From a virus, in the IMG/VR virus record IMGVR_UViG_3300035034_001349, positions 1 to 64,000 of that record: a DNA stretch of 64,000 nt. One strand, given 5' to 3'. Positions 21,130 to 31,155 of the stretch are shown one piece after another. Below the pieces are notes generated by a model. It was not told the DNA's origin. It worked only from the letters and a program-made list of their open reading frames with translations, and searched no databases. Made by a program: the position numbers and the translations under genes. Within the stretch, counting starts at the first letter, position 1; each line of letters begins with the position of its first letter.

Positions 21130-21404
21130 ATTATACTAATCACCTGCATTCCAACTAAATACAGTACTAAGAAATTTAAACTACCTATTAACATAGATAT
21201 GTATATAAGTAATAAATTCTTAGTTGTAGTATCAAAGTTCTTCAATGAATATATAGTAAATCCAAGACCTGCAGAGTTTACTGTAATTAAAAACGTGGAA
21301 AATATACCTAAGTCAAATATTAATTTACCTAGTACTAATGTTATAGCATGAATTACAAACATAACTGCAACTATCAGTGGTGTATTCGTTTTATCATATG
21401 TCAT
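21126..21404 (-). CDS. Small 3-TM membrane protein
   Basis: 92 aa, hydrophobic, GGAGG SD, early motif at ~21467-21484. Confidence 0.8.
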   Translation of the reverse strand: MTYDKTNTPLIVAVMFVIHAITLVLGKLIFDLGIFSTFLITVNSAGLGFTIYSLKNFDTTTKNLLLIYISMLIGSLNFLVLYLVGMQVISII

Positions 21405-21623
21405 TTATTCCCTCCATTTATTTTATTAACTAAATAATAGATGTCCTCCCTTCAAAAATATATACATCATGTTTATAATATATAATTGGTATACTAACTA
21501 AAATTTACTCTTTTTTACTTTAAAAAAGATATTAAATTGTTATAATTTTTTATTTAAAAAATTATTTTTTGTTGATTAATTAATATATTCATAACATTTT
21601 ATTAATAAAATAGATGGAGGAGT

Positions 21624-22352
21624 GTGAATATGAGTATTAAAGAAGAAGAAGTAAAAGATAATAATCTGGAGAAATATGAAGAAGTATTTAAAGATGAAAT
21701 AGAAATGATACAAGAAGAAATGAGTGAGATGGATAGTCTGTATGAAGAAACTAAGAAACATTTTGATGAGGTTAAAGGTAACCCTCAACGTGCTACTCTA
21801 CGCTTCATCCAAGAACAAACTTCAAATTTAATAAGTATGAAGGATAGTAAGATAAAGATGATAAAAAGTAGTGTAGATGTCAAGAAAATAATATCCGACT
21901 TTGCATATAAATATGATAAAATGGAAAATAATGATAGACTTGATACTGACTTATCATTGCAATTATTTGAAAGAATGATGGAAAGTCAAAAGAGAGAAGG
22001 AGTAAGTCTAAGTTCAGATGATAAAGATGATTCTATGGATGATGAAGAATTAAATGGAAGAATTGAGGACTTAATTGCTAATGATGAAGAAATAGCAGAT
22101 GAAATAAATACTATAGTTGAAGGACTTAAGGATGAAATAGATAGTGATGATGAGGAATCTTCTGAATCAATCGTTTCAGATTTATATGGAACATTATATG
22201 TATATGATAGTGATACTAATGAAATAACTAAAGAAGGTGTTCCTGAGGGTCTAGAAGTTATAGATATAACCATAGATGAAGAAAATGACGAGTATTATGT
22301 AGAATGTAGTGATGGTAATAAATATGAAATAGTTGAAATAGACTTATCATAA
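21624..22352 (+). CDS. Acidic coiled-coil hypothetical protein (late)
   Basis: 242 aa; AACA TTTTAT TA at 21593-21604. Confidence 0.75.
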   Translation: MNMSIKEEEVKDNNLEKYEEVFKDEIEMIQEEMSEMDSLYEETKKHFDEVKGNPQRATLRFIQEQTSNLISMKDSKIKMIKSSVDVKKIISDFAYKYDKMENNDRLDTDLSLQLFERMMESQKREGVSLSSDDKDDSMDDEELNGRIEDLIANDEEIADEINTIVEGLKDEIDSDDEESSESIVSDLYGTLYVYDSDTNEITKEGVPEGLEVIDITIDEENDEYYVECSDGNKYEIVEIDLS

Positions 22353-22365
22353 AAAAAAAAATAAA

Positions 22366-22395
22366 AAGACTTAAGGAGAATTCTCCTTAAGTCTT
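22366..22395. terminator. 30-bp perfect palindrome / terminator between convergent genes
   Basis: AAGACTTAAGGAGAA|TTCTCCTTAAGTCTT preceded by an A run. Confidence 0.7.
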
Positions 22396-22460
22396 GCTTA
22401 TTATTTAATGGATGATGATTATTTATGCCTTATAAAATTGTTTAATTTAAATATTTAAAA

Positions 22461-25196
22461 CTACGATACACTGAATAGAACATTCTTATCAGACATGAAG
22501 TCTTCATCTTCAATATCAACTCCACTATCTCGTAATAATATCATATCAATAGGTTGACTAAAGAATTCTTGATTATGCGAGATAATAAATGTCTGTTCAG
22601 AATTTAATTCATTCATTTGTTTCTCAATCATAGTAATAAATGAACGTCTATTCTTAGTATCTAATGGACCATCTATCTCATCAAGATATAAAATATTGTA
22701 CTTTGTTGTAGCCTTCTTAATCATAGCTAATGAAATTGAAACAGTAGTTAATGCTGTCTCACCCTGTGATGCTATATTAATATCCTCAAGAACATCACCA
22801 TTATCCTTATATACATGGATGTAGAAGTTCTTATCATCAATATCAAATAATATTCTAAATCTACCATCTTGTGATATATCTAATAATTGGTTAGCACTAT
22901 CTTGAATATCAACTAAATAGTCTCCAATAAAGTGTAAAGGTATTCCCTTCTTAGGGTCTAATGAGTCTTTAACTAATTCATCAAACTTAAAGTTATCATC
23001 AAGGTCTAATTTACGTTTTTCATAGTCATTAAGTCGGTTAATACTATACTTTATAGAATCTAAAGATTCATCTAATGGAGTTAATTCTTTTTCTAGACGT
23101 TTGACATCTTTATCTAATTCGTCTATTTCATCATTAATAGTATCTACAGTGGTAGATTTTTCTAATAACTCTGTATACTTCTTTTCAGCAGAGTCCATTT
23201 CCTTCTTAGCTTCATCCACATTCGTAGTACTTTCTAATAATGTTTCTAATATATTAAGCTTACTTTCATTATCAGATATATCATTCTTTAATTTAGGCAT
23301 TGATTCCATCTTAGTATCTATAAAATCATTCAATACCTTCTTCTCATCATTAAGGGTTTCTATATCCTTCTTGATCATTTCAATTACTTCCTGATTATTT
23401 AGTATATTCTTACGCTTTTCTTCAAGAGAGGTAATTTTATCTTCCAATAGTTCTATATTATCATTTAATTTAACAAATTTAATTTCATCACTAATATCAA
23501 ATAATTCATCTAATTCTTTTTTAGTACCATCTATTAGAGATATAAAGTCATCTTGATTAGCTATACTTCTATCTTTTAGTAGTGTACTAGTATTTCCACT
23601 AAAGTGCTTATCATATACATTAACAGTTGAATTAGCATGACGAACTACATTTTCAATAGTATCCTTCTGATACTCTAATTCTTTTAACTCTTTCTTATAT
23701 TCATCCTTCTTAACATTAAGTTTTTTTATATCTTCTTCAGCATTTTCAAACTTAAGTGCATTCTTAATAAACCCACAATCATCTATTGTGCATAATTCAG
23801 GTCGTTTAGATAATATACTAGACTGCTCATGAAAGTTCTTAGTCAGATAATTTATCTCATCATTAACATCTTGCACTTTATCATTAATAGTATTAATATC
23901 AGTATTTAGTGTAGTTAACATATTTTCTAAATCCGAAATATCGTTATCTCCATTAATAACTGTATCAAATATTGTCTTCTCTTGAGTATTTATACCGTAA
24001 ATTACGTTATTAATAGCTTCCTCAAGTAACCCAATTGAGACTTCCATAGTCTTAAGTTCTGTTTCTGTAAAATTACAATTTGTAATTTCAGTTTCTTCTA
24101 ATGCATCTTTATATGACATTAATTCTTTCTTCTTATTACCTATTGTAGTATTAATTTTATCAATAGTTACATCACTATCATATTTACTAAGTTGAACTTC
24201 TTTAGATTTAATTGCTTTGGATTTATTATTGACTTCTACACGCTTACTATCTACAGTACTCTTAAGATCTTTAACTTTCTCATTCAAGGACTCTATTTTA
24301 GATTGTGCATTTGCTATTCCCTTATTCATACGCTTAATATCATATTCTTTTAAACTAGGATATGATTCAAGATATTCATCAATAGTAGTCTTCATTTTTT
24401 TATATTCTTTCATAGCTGTTGAAAACTCTTTCTTAAGCTCAAGAACTCTCATATCGATATTATTATCAGGGTCAAGATTACTTACTTTGCCTCGCTTTTT
24501 ATTAATAGTTGCATTCGTACTTTCTATGTTCCTTTGTTTAATATTAATTCTTTCTTGAGTAGACTCAAGGCGATTATTAAGTACTTCTCTATCCTCAATT
24601 TTATCTAATTGATCTGCAACATACTTAATTTGTTTCTTATGTGCTAGATACTTAGTATTAACGATAGAGTACTTCTGAAGAAATTCATCAATATTTGGTA
24701 AGAAGTTTCCCATAAATTTCTTTCTCTGTGCAGTCTTAAGGTCAATAAAGTTAGTAACATTACTCCCTATTCTAGATAATTTGAAGAACTCCGTATCAAC
24801 ATTTAAGTGTTCACTAACCAAGTCTTCAAAACTTCTAACACCACCATTTTCATTTAGTTCTACACCATTCTTTTTTATAAAACACTTATTAGATGATTTA
24901 TAATGATGTTCAATTTCATAAAGATCTTCACCATCTTGAATATGAATTTCTTTATAACCATCTTTTCCTTCAATGATCAAATCTTTACGCTCATCATTAT
25001 TGGAATCTTTGAATGGTGTTAATGTACTTAGGATAGTACTTTTACCACTACCATTAGCACCGAATAACATAACTATGTTATTAGACTCTACATCTTCTCC
25101 TAGATGATTTTTAGTAAAGTCAATTTCAATTTCCGTTCTATCCATTCCTGCATAAACCCCTGCAAAGTTTATAAGTTTAAGATAAGTTATCTTCAT
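22461..25196 (-). CDS. sbcC: SbcC/Rad50-like SMC ATPase
   Basis: GANGSGKS, long coiled coil, central Cys pair, signature ASQGE, Walker B/D-loop LYLDEIDGPLD, H-loop ISH. Confidence 0.9.
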   Translation of the reverse strand: MKITYLKLINFAGVYAGMDRTEIEIDFTKNHLGEDVESNNIVMLFGANGSGKSTILSTLTPFKDSNNDERKDLIIEGKDGYKEIHIQDGEDLYEIEHHYKSSNKCFIKKNGVELNENGGVRSFEDLVSEHLNVDTEFFKLSRIGSNVTNFIDLKTAQRKKFMGNFLPNIDEFLQKYSIVNTKYLAHKKQIKYVADQLDKIEDREVLNNRLESTQERINIKQRNIESTNATINKKRGKVSNLDPDNNIDMRVLELKKEFSTAMKEYKKMKTTIDEYLESYPSLKEYDIKRMNKGIANAQSKIESLNEKVKDLKSTVDSKRVEVNNKSKAIKSKEVQLSKYDSDVTIDKINTTIGNKKKELMSYKDALEETEITNCNFTETELKTMEVSIGLLEEAINNVIYGINTQEKTIFDTVINGDNDISDLENMLTTLNTDINTINDKVQDVNDEINYLTKNFHEQSSILSKRPELCTIDDCGFIKNALKFENAEEDIKKLNVKKDEYKKELKELEYQKDTIENVVRHANSTVNVYDKHFSGNTSTLLKDRSIANQDDFISLIDGTKKELDELFDISDEIKFVKLNDNIELLEDKITSLEEKRKNILNNQEVIEMIKKDIETLNDEKKVLNDFIDTKMESMPKLKNDISDNESKLNILETLLESTTNVDEAKKEMDSAEKKYTELLEKSTTVDTINDEIDELDKDVKRLEKELTPLDESLDSIKYSINRLNDYEKRKLDLDDNFKFDELVKDSLDPKKGIPLHFIGDYLVDIQDSANQLLDISQDGRFRILFDIDDKNFYIHVYKDNGDVLEDINIASQGETALTTVSISLAMIKKATTKYNILYLDEIDGPLDTKNRRSFITMIEKQMNELNSEQTFIISHNQEFFSQPIDMILLRDSGVDIEDEDFMSDKNVLFSVS

Positions 25197-25310
25197 TAAT
25201 ACACTTCCTCTCTATACATTTATTTTAAATTATTATTATATCATCATTATAATATATGATTAAGGTATTGTTTTAATTAATCAAAAAAAAAACACTTACG
25301 TAAATGAGTG

Positions 25311-25475
25311 TTATTTTCTTCTTGCTTCACGTACTTCTTCAATCGTTCTATCAGCATCCTCATAATTTTTTATATTTGTTGAAGTAATTCTTTCATCATC
25401 TAGTTTACGCTGTATAGCATTTTTTAATTCTTTATTAATTCCCTCAAATACTCTCCCATTGAATCCCTTAAACAT
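25311..25475 (-). CDS. Small hypothetical protein (54 aa, not in ORF track)
   Basis: AAAGGAG SD, ATG: MFKGFNGRVFEGINKELKNAIQRKLDDER...EARRK; followed by a hairpin and T run. Confidence 0.65.
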   Translation of the reverse strand: MFKGFNGRVFEGINKELKNAIQRKLDDERITSTNIKNYEDADRTIEEVREARRK

Positions 25476-25548
25476 AACAACTCTCCTTTCTAATAATTAA
25501 TTTAAGAGGTCAACATAGATTGTTGACCTCAATACAATGTGTTTGATA

Positions 25549-25575
25549 CTAATCTTCAGTAACAACTTCAGGCAC
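25549..25575 (-). CDS. Candidate 8-aa micro-ORF MPEVVTED
   Basis: AAGGAGGTG SD 5 nt before GTG; followed by a 10-bp-stem hairpin at ~25506-25530. Confidence 0.35.
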   Translation of the reverse strand: MPEVVTED

Positions 25576-25611
25576 CGTACCACCTCCTTGAGAGGTTCTA
25601 TAATAGTACAT

Positions 25612-25833
25612 TTATGCTAAACTCTTCTTTATCATTCTTATTAATTTATCAGGTTTTGATGAATGTCTAATTAGACCAAATTTAACAACTCTAAATTCAT
25701 TATCAATAAAGGCTATTGAGCTCTTATCAGTAATTCCTCTTTTCTTTCTATTTTCTAAAATTGCTACACATCGTTCTAATGACTCTCTTTTATTTTTTAG
25801 CTCTGTACTAGTGAATGACATAATTGACTTCAT
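25612..25833 (-). CDS. Small basic hypothetical protein (early)
   Basis: 73 aa, AAGGAG SD, early promoter 25868-25885. Confidence 0.7.
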   Translation of the reverse strand: MKSIMSFTSTELKNKRESLERCVAILENRKKRGITDKSSIAFIDNEFRVVKFGLIRHSSKPDKLIRMIKKSLA

Positions 25834-25909
25834 GTTATCTCTCCTTTTATATGATTAGTTTATATTTATCATTATTATAATATATGATTACATACTAATT
25901 TACTACAAT

Positions 25910-27337
25910 TTAATAGAATTTAGTAAATACATCTTTCTTAACAGATGAGATAGTATCTTTAGATATATAATCTGTAAAGTGAATTAATTCTGTAACTAAA
26001 TATGGGAACTTTACTATCAAGTCATTAACTAGACCGTTATCTAAATCATCAAAACAGCATATATAGTTTATATTACGCATTAATATCTTTCTCTGAGTTC
26101 TTTCTTCAATTAATAATTCAGATGGGATACACTTCATATATGCATTAGTTCTTACAACACTTTCATAAACCTGGTCAAGTGTAGGATTATCTATATATAA
26201 TATAGACTCTGCAGACTTACTAACTGCATAATCCGCCATTTTTTCACTAATCTCATTAAAGAATCTAAGAACTGATACATTTGTGTTTATTGCAATTTTC
26301 TTAATTTCATCATCAGTGTGTCTTAGGTACCTATAATTAGTATATGTAGCCCTTTCTATAACTTGTTTCTCAAACTCCTTACTTACGGGGTGTATAACTT
26401 GAGTAAGTATATCAGAATTAATCTTATAATTATCATCTGTAAGATATAATTCAGCTATATAGTCATTGAGAATAGTTGGTATATTTGTCACTCCACTATT
26501 ATCCCTGATGTTCTTGATATCATCCTTAGTCAATAATAGTCCGTTAGATAGTGTACTTTTACTACTTGCATTTCCAGATGCTTGCCCTATAATTGCATTT
26601 AAGTTTTCAATGAAGTATTTCTTAGTATCATCACTTATAACCCCTGATATATCCTTTAAGAAATTACTATCCAATACTAACCCAAAATCATTTTTAGTAG
26701 CATACTCAATAAACTTAAATGCAAGTTTATCTGCATCAATTTTATCATTTAGTTGATGTATAAATTGTATAGGGTAAAATGAACTGTAATTACATTTTAT
26801 GAATACTTTAAATACCTTATCTGCATTAAGATTCTCACTTTTCTTTACACAAGGCAATAATCTAAATATATCAATTTTAGTAGTTGCATAATCATGTGTA
26901 CCATTCTCGTTCATTAGTTCAATTAGATCATCTATATCTACCCTATTTTTAAATCTTAGATACACACCATCATGCGTCATTCTATCATTACTATATAATT
27001 CAACTCTTTCTTCAGGACTATATAATTTTCTAATAAATTCTCTACTCACATGATTACCATACTTGAGTAACATATTTAATAAATATTTTTGTGAATTACC
27101 ATTCTCCATACCCTTAATGCCCTCAGAGTAATCAGGGAATCTCTTTTTATTTGCAAATATACCAACTGCATTATTGATGATGTCATTATTATCTTTTATT
27201 TTATCCATTACATCTAATTGTTTTTCATAAGTAGCACTATCAAATACACCATTCGAATCAACTGATATAAATTTTGTATCTTTATTATCTTCTATAAATT
27301 CTTTTAGTTCATCATAATAATTCTTATCTACATTCAT
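25910..27337 (-). CDS. Hypothetical protein with C-terminal helical repeats
   Basis: 475 aa; repeats such as DEIKKIAINTNVSVLRF / KMADYAVSKSAESILYI. Confidence 0.75.
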   Translation of the reverse strand: MNVDKNYYDELKEFIEDNKDTKFISVDSNGVFDSATYEKQLDVMDKIKDNNDIINNAVGIFANKKRFPDYSEGIKGMENGNSQKYLLNMLLKYGNHVSREFIRKLYSPEERVELYSNDRMTHDGVYLRFKNRVDIDDLIELMNENGTHDYATTKIDIFRLLPCVKKSENLNADKVFKVFIKCNYSSFYPIQFIHQLNDKIDADKLAFKFIEYATKNDFGLVLDSNFLKDISGVISDDTKKYFIENLNAIIGQASGNASSKSTLSNGLLLTKDDIKNIRDNSGVTNIPTILNDYIAELYLTDDNYKINSDILTQVIHPVSKEFEKQVIERATYTNYRYLRHTDDEIKKIAINTNVSVLRFFNEISEKMADYAVSKSAESILYIDNPTLDQVYESVVRTNAYMKCIPSELLIEERTQRKILMRNINYICCFDDLDNGLVNDLIVKFPYLVTELIHFTDYISKDTISSVKKDVFTKFY

Positions 27338-27779
27338 TTATTATATTCTCCTTTGATTTGCTTCTAAAGAAGTTACTTATCTTATTAAGAAGTAACTCCT
27401 TATCACTTACATTAGTAAATACAATTTTATAATCTGCCATACATTCATTAGGGTCACACCCTGGATAATTAAGCAATGATGCTGAATATACTCTGAATAT
27501 TTGCATTTCTATTTCTAGAGTTAACTCCATTACCATCTGTTCCACTTCATCCTCATAACCTTCTAAAACGCCAAACAAAATATAACTAATAGGTGCATGA
27601 CCGCCAGAGTAACCGTCTCCTCCCCCTTGACAACAATTTAGAGATACGACACGTGTACCATATGAGTTTATAGCATCAATAGTATCCTTCAGCATAGGAT
27701 CTATCTCTATTTCCCCACTAATTATATTTCGTGTGATATCAGTTTTATATTCTTTAGAATGATAATTTTTAAACATCAT
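27324..27779 (-). CDS. Hypothetical protein, TYW3-like N-terminal motif
   Basis: IDPMLKDTIDAIN...SLNCCQG resembles the ID...IN...TxSCxG motif. Confidence 0.45.
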   Translation of the reverse strand: MMFKNYHSKEYKTDITRNIISGEIEIDPMLKDTIDAINSYGTRVVSLNCCQGGGDGYSGGHAPISYILFGVLEGYEDEVEQMVMELTLEIEMQIFRVYSASLLNYPGCDPNECMADYKIVFTNVSDKELLLNKISNFFRSKSKENIINECR

Positions 27780-28299
27780 ATCGTGTCCCTATTAGATTAC
27801 TTATCTTTCTATCACATTCAGAACAATAACCAATCTCATCATGGTTATCAATAGTATCAAAACAACAAGATGTTTTGGATTCTTCATCTGACTTAACTAT
27901 ACCTGTCTGACCTTGAGGTAACGCATACTTAAATTTATATGTTGGAGTACCTTCATATTTTTCTCCATTTATATATTCTTTACTCCGTAAGAAATACTTA
28001 TATTCACACTCATATAACGGTGTATATAAATAAAATTCTTTCATTGTTGCACCTATTACATTATGATGTACAGCACCTGTAGTATTGTGTATAGGTATTA
28101 GAATACTGTTTGTACATATAACATAATCTTTAGATTTAAAATGTTCCCTAACTTCTAGTGACACACCACTCCATCCATCTAGTAGCTCATGAACAACACT
28201 CATGAATTCATTAGTTGAATCGTAGTTAATTAAATCAAACTCCTCATCTTCACCATTAAAATCATTGATAAGTAACACAGTTTCATTCTTCATCTTCAT
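27769..28299 (-). CDS. Hypothetical protein with C-terminal Cys cluster
   Basis: SCC...YCSEC; early motif at ~28326-28342. Confidence 0.7.
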   Translation of the reverse strand: MKMKNETVLLINDFNGEDEEFDLINYDSTNEFMSVVHELLDGWSGVSLEVREHFKSKDYVICTNSILIPIHNTTGAVHHNVIGATMKEFYLYTPLYECEYKYFLRSKEYINGEKYEGTPTYKFKYALPQGQTGIVKSDEESKTSCCFDTIDNHDEIGYCSECDRKISNLIGTRYDV

Positions 28300-28370
28300 C
28301 CTCCCTAAAATCTACAATTTTATCTTCAATAGTATAATATATGCTTAGATAGATAATTAGAGAAATACAA

Positions 28371-28400
28371 ATAAGCATAACCAATTAAGGTTATGCTTAT
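28371..28400. terminator. Terminator hairpin
   Basis: ATAAGCATAACC-AATTAA-GGTTATGCTTAT. Confidence 0.7.
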
Positions 28401-28417
28401 AATGATTAATATTGAAC

Positions 28418-28678
28418 TTACCTCTGTAAGTATAAATATAATTCAGTAATCCTTTTATATCTTTGAATTCTTTCATTCTTATAAAACTGCATTGTTTGAA
28501 TTAGCCATTCTTCACAATCATCAAAGTTCTCAAATGGTTCTACTACAAATATAGATGATATACTCTCATTGGTTATATTATCAATTAGAGTACATGTGAA
28601 TGTATAATCTAATTCCATGGTATAAAACTCAAAGTTGTTAGAGAGTACTTTAGTATTTGATAATTCCATACTCACCAC
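28418..28678 (-). CDS. Hypothetical protein
   Basis: 86 aa, SD present. Confidence 0.65.
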   Translation of the reverse strand: MVSMELSNTKVLSNNFEFYTMELDYTFTCTLIDNITNESISSIFVVEPFENFDDCEEWLIQTMQFYKNERIQRYKRITELYLYLQR

Positions 28679-28707
28679 TCCTTCTTAAATTGTTAGCGTT
28701 AATATTA

Positions 28708-29061
28708 TTATCTTAGTCTATTAGCACTATTTTCTAATTCATCCTTATAGTCAGTCTTTAAGAATTCTATATGTTGTTCTATTTCTTTATAGTTAGGACT
28801 ATCTTCTAAATAATTGCCCAACATCTCGTCCAGTTGAGTTATAAATACTTCCCTATCTCTCATTAGTAAATCTACTTCCCCTATACTTGTTGCACTTTTA
28901 GCCATCTTTATTAATATAGGTTCGTTTTTATTTAATTCTAGTCTCATATAGTTTCTTCTAAGACTTTTACCGTCTCTTTTTCTCATTATCTTAAATGTAT
29001 TATATAAGTCGGGTATTATACCTTCTAAGAATAGACATTCATTATACATTTCTCTTTTCAC
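28708..29061 (-). CDS. Hypothetical protein (late, possible virion component)
   Basis: 117 aa, downstream of virion RNAP beta'. Confidence 0.7.
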   Translation of the reverse strand: MKREMYNECLFLEGIIPDLYNTFKIMRKRDGKSLRRNYMRLELNKNEPILIKMAKSATSIGEVDLLMRDREVFITQLDEMLGNYLEDSPNYKEIEQHIEFLKTDYKDELENSANRLR

Positions 29062-29071
29062 TCCAAACCTC

Positions 29072-30580
29072 CTAATTTTTAGTTAATGTAAATATTGTCT
29101 GTACTGCTTCATTTCCTATAGTTCTATTAAAATTACCAGATGGATCTAAGAAATTCCTTAAACTATTTATAGTATCTTCAGCTTCAATATTTGCTTCATT
29201 ACTCCATACTGCTCTTAATGATACTGTATCACCATCATAATCACCACCAAGGGCATCCAAAACTGCATTACCTACAACAATAGTATCTATAAATTCATTT
29301 TCTTTAGCTATATCAGTTATGATAGGATAATCTTCAAATAATGTATTTTGTACCTCAACATTTTTATCTACTTCCTTGGTAGTCATAACTTTTATCCTAG
29401 CAGGATATATATTATTAAAAGTTTCGACTGGATATCTAGTTACATATACATGTTTACCCTCTACTACTTTTGTAGCAATTATATACAGTAAATCAGTAAG
29501 TGTAAATATTCTAGGTTCTCCATCTACAATTATATTAAGTTTCTTTTTACCTTTTTCAGTATTAACTTCAATAGGCATAAATCTTTTATCAGGACTCTTA
29601 ATATATAGGTTAAGTAGCTTCTTAAATTTATCAGGCGTAAAGTCATCCATAGGATTTTCTAACATATACTGTTTGCCTGACTTAGTCTTTATATACTTAG
29701 TAACTGAAAATATTTCTTCGAAATAACCAGTTAAATGGTATATAAAAAAAGGAAAGAATAGATTTATTACATGACTTAAAGGAACACCACAATAACCAAA
29801 CTTTATATTACTGCTTTCCCAACTATTAGAATCATACGTATTGGCACTTATAACCCCACGTGTAGCATAATCAATAGCCTTTCCCATTAAACCTTGTCTT
29901 ATTATTCCTGTCTTCTTACTAACACTATCCTTAAATAAATTATATATATCCATGATAGTCTGTTGAAGTTTATATTCAGTTAAATTACCCATAAAACTAA
30001 AGTCACTACCTTGGTCTATTGATTTAGATAAATTTATTAATTTTGAGTATAGACTATTTATCTCATCTACACTTAATTTACCAGAACCTGACTTAGTCAT
30101 ATTTATATCTCTATAAAATGCAGGTATCACTAACCATTTAGACTGAAATGCTTCAGTTCTCTTGACAGTATTGAACACATCAATCTTTTCATTTCTCTTT
30201 CTACTCTCATTCTTTTTAAAATCCATTTTATAAAAGTTCTTATATAGAAATGATAAACCAGTTCCCCCATTTTCATCATCTTCTACAAGATAACCATTCT
30301 CATCAAGACTTACAAACTTCTCACCACTTATTACTTGTACTATACTTCTATCAATAGTGGTTAAGATTTTATATACTACTGGATGAAGAAAGTTATGTTT
30401 TAAATCTACATACCCAAATATAGTCTTTCTATCATAACTACCAACTGGTCCAAATAAAGAATATGAAAATAAACCATCTTCAGTAGGATGCCTAGATTTA
30501 TCTAAAAATATAGGATTCTCTACTTCTGGACATTCATTGATTTCTATAAATTTATTCACATCAAAAATATCATTTTTCAT
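29072..30580 (-). CDS. Virion RNA polymerase beta' N-terminal/catalytic subunit
   Basis: PTEDGLFS..FG, GIIRQGLMGKAIDY, TRYP, catalytic LGGDYDGD; late promoter 30616-30627. Confidence 0.9.
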   Translation of the reverse strand: MKNDIFDVNKFIEINECPEVENPIFLDKSRHPTEDGLFSYSLFGPVGSYDRKTIFGYVDLKHNFLHPVVYKILTTIDRSIVQVISGEKFVSLDENGYLVEDDENGGTGLSFLYKNFYKMDFKKNESRKRNEKIDVFNTVKRTEAFQSKWLVIPAFYRDINMTKSGSGKLSVDEINSLYSKLINLSKSIDQGSDFSFMGNLTEYKLQQTIMDIYNLFKDSVSKKTGIIRQGLMGKAIDYATRGVISANTYDSNSWESSNIKFGYCGVPLSHVINLFFPFFIYHLTGYFEEIFSVTKYIKTKSGKQYMLENPMDDFTPDKFKKLLNLYIKSPDKRFMPIEVNTEKGKKKLNIIVDGEPRIFTLTDLLYIIATKVVEGKHVYVTRYPVETFNNIYPARIKVMTTKEVDKNVEVQNTLFEDYPIITDIAKENEFIDTIVVGNAVLDALGGDYDGDTVSLRAVWSNEANIEAEDTINSLRNFLDPSGNFNRTIGNEAVQTIFTLTKN

Positions 30581-30681
30581 TTATTATACATTGCTCCTTT
30601 CTTAAAATTAACTATTAATGTAATGTTAAAGACAATGCAAAAAAAAAACATTATATAGAGTTAACTATATAATGTCTTATT

Positions 30682-30957
30682 CTAATATATTTTAACAACA
30701 AAACTCTTTTTATTAGATACCATAATATTAGCACTAGTTCTACCAAATGGTATTTCATTATTGCCATTATTTATTATAATATTCTTATATATTTCTCTTA
30801 TAATGGTTTGTATATCATTATCATCTTTTATAATAGATTCATCATTAAGAAGAGTACATGATATTCTCTCATGCTTCGTTGGAACATCTATCATAAATCT
30901 ATCTAGAAACTTGAACTTAACCTCTCCAAACCCCTCTACATTTCTGTTATCTTTCAT
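30682..30957 (-). CDS. Hypothetical protein
   Basis: 91 aa, AGGAGGT SD. Confidence 0.7.
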   Translation of the reverse strand: MKDNRNVEGFGEVKFKFLDRFMIDVPTKHERISCTLLNDESIIKDDNDIQTIIREIYKNIIINNGNNEIPFGRTSANIMVSNKKSFVVKIY

Positions 30958-30966
30958 AACTACCTC

Positions 30967-31155
30967 CTAGGAGTATTGATCCTCTAAATCTAGAAATTCT
31001 TCTAATGAATTTTGTCCTTTTTCACACTTCTCTGAACAACATCCATCATGTAACTCTAATTGTTCTGTAGATGACTTCTTATTACAGTATCTACAATACC
31101 CACCTTCTGTACTACAATACTTTTCAGCCATGTCTTCATATCCGTCCATTGTCAA
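30967..31155 (-). CDS. Small Cys-rich (Zn-binding) protein
   Basis: CRYC...CCSEKC. Confidence 0.6.
   Translation of the reverse strand: MTMDGYEDMAEKYCSTEGGYCRYCNKKSSTEQLELHDGCCSEKCEKGQNSLEEFLDLEDQYS

Noticed and set aside
21425-21455. GGAGG followed by ATT ATT TAG upstream of the membrane-protein cluster
   Set aside because: There is no credible start or ORF; the support is too weak.
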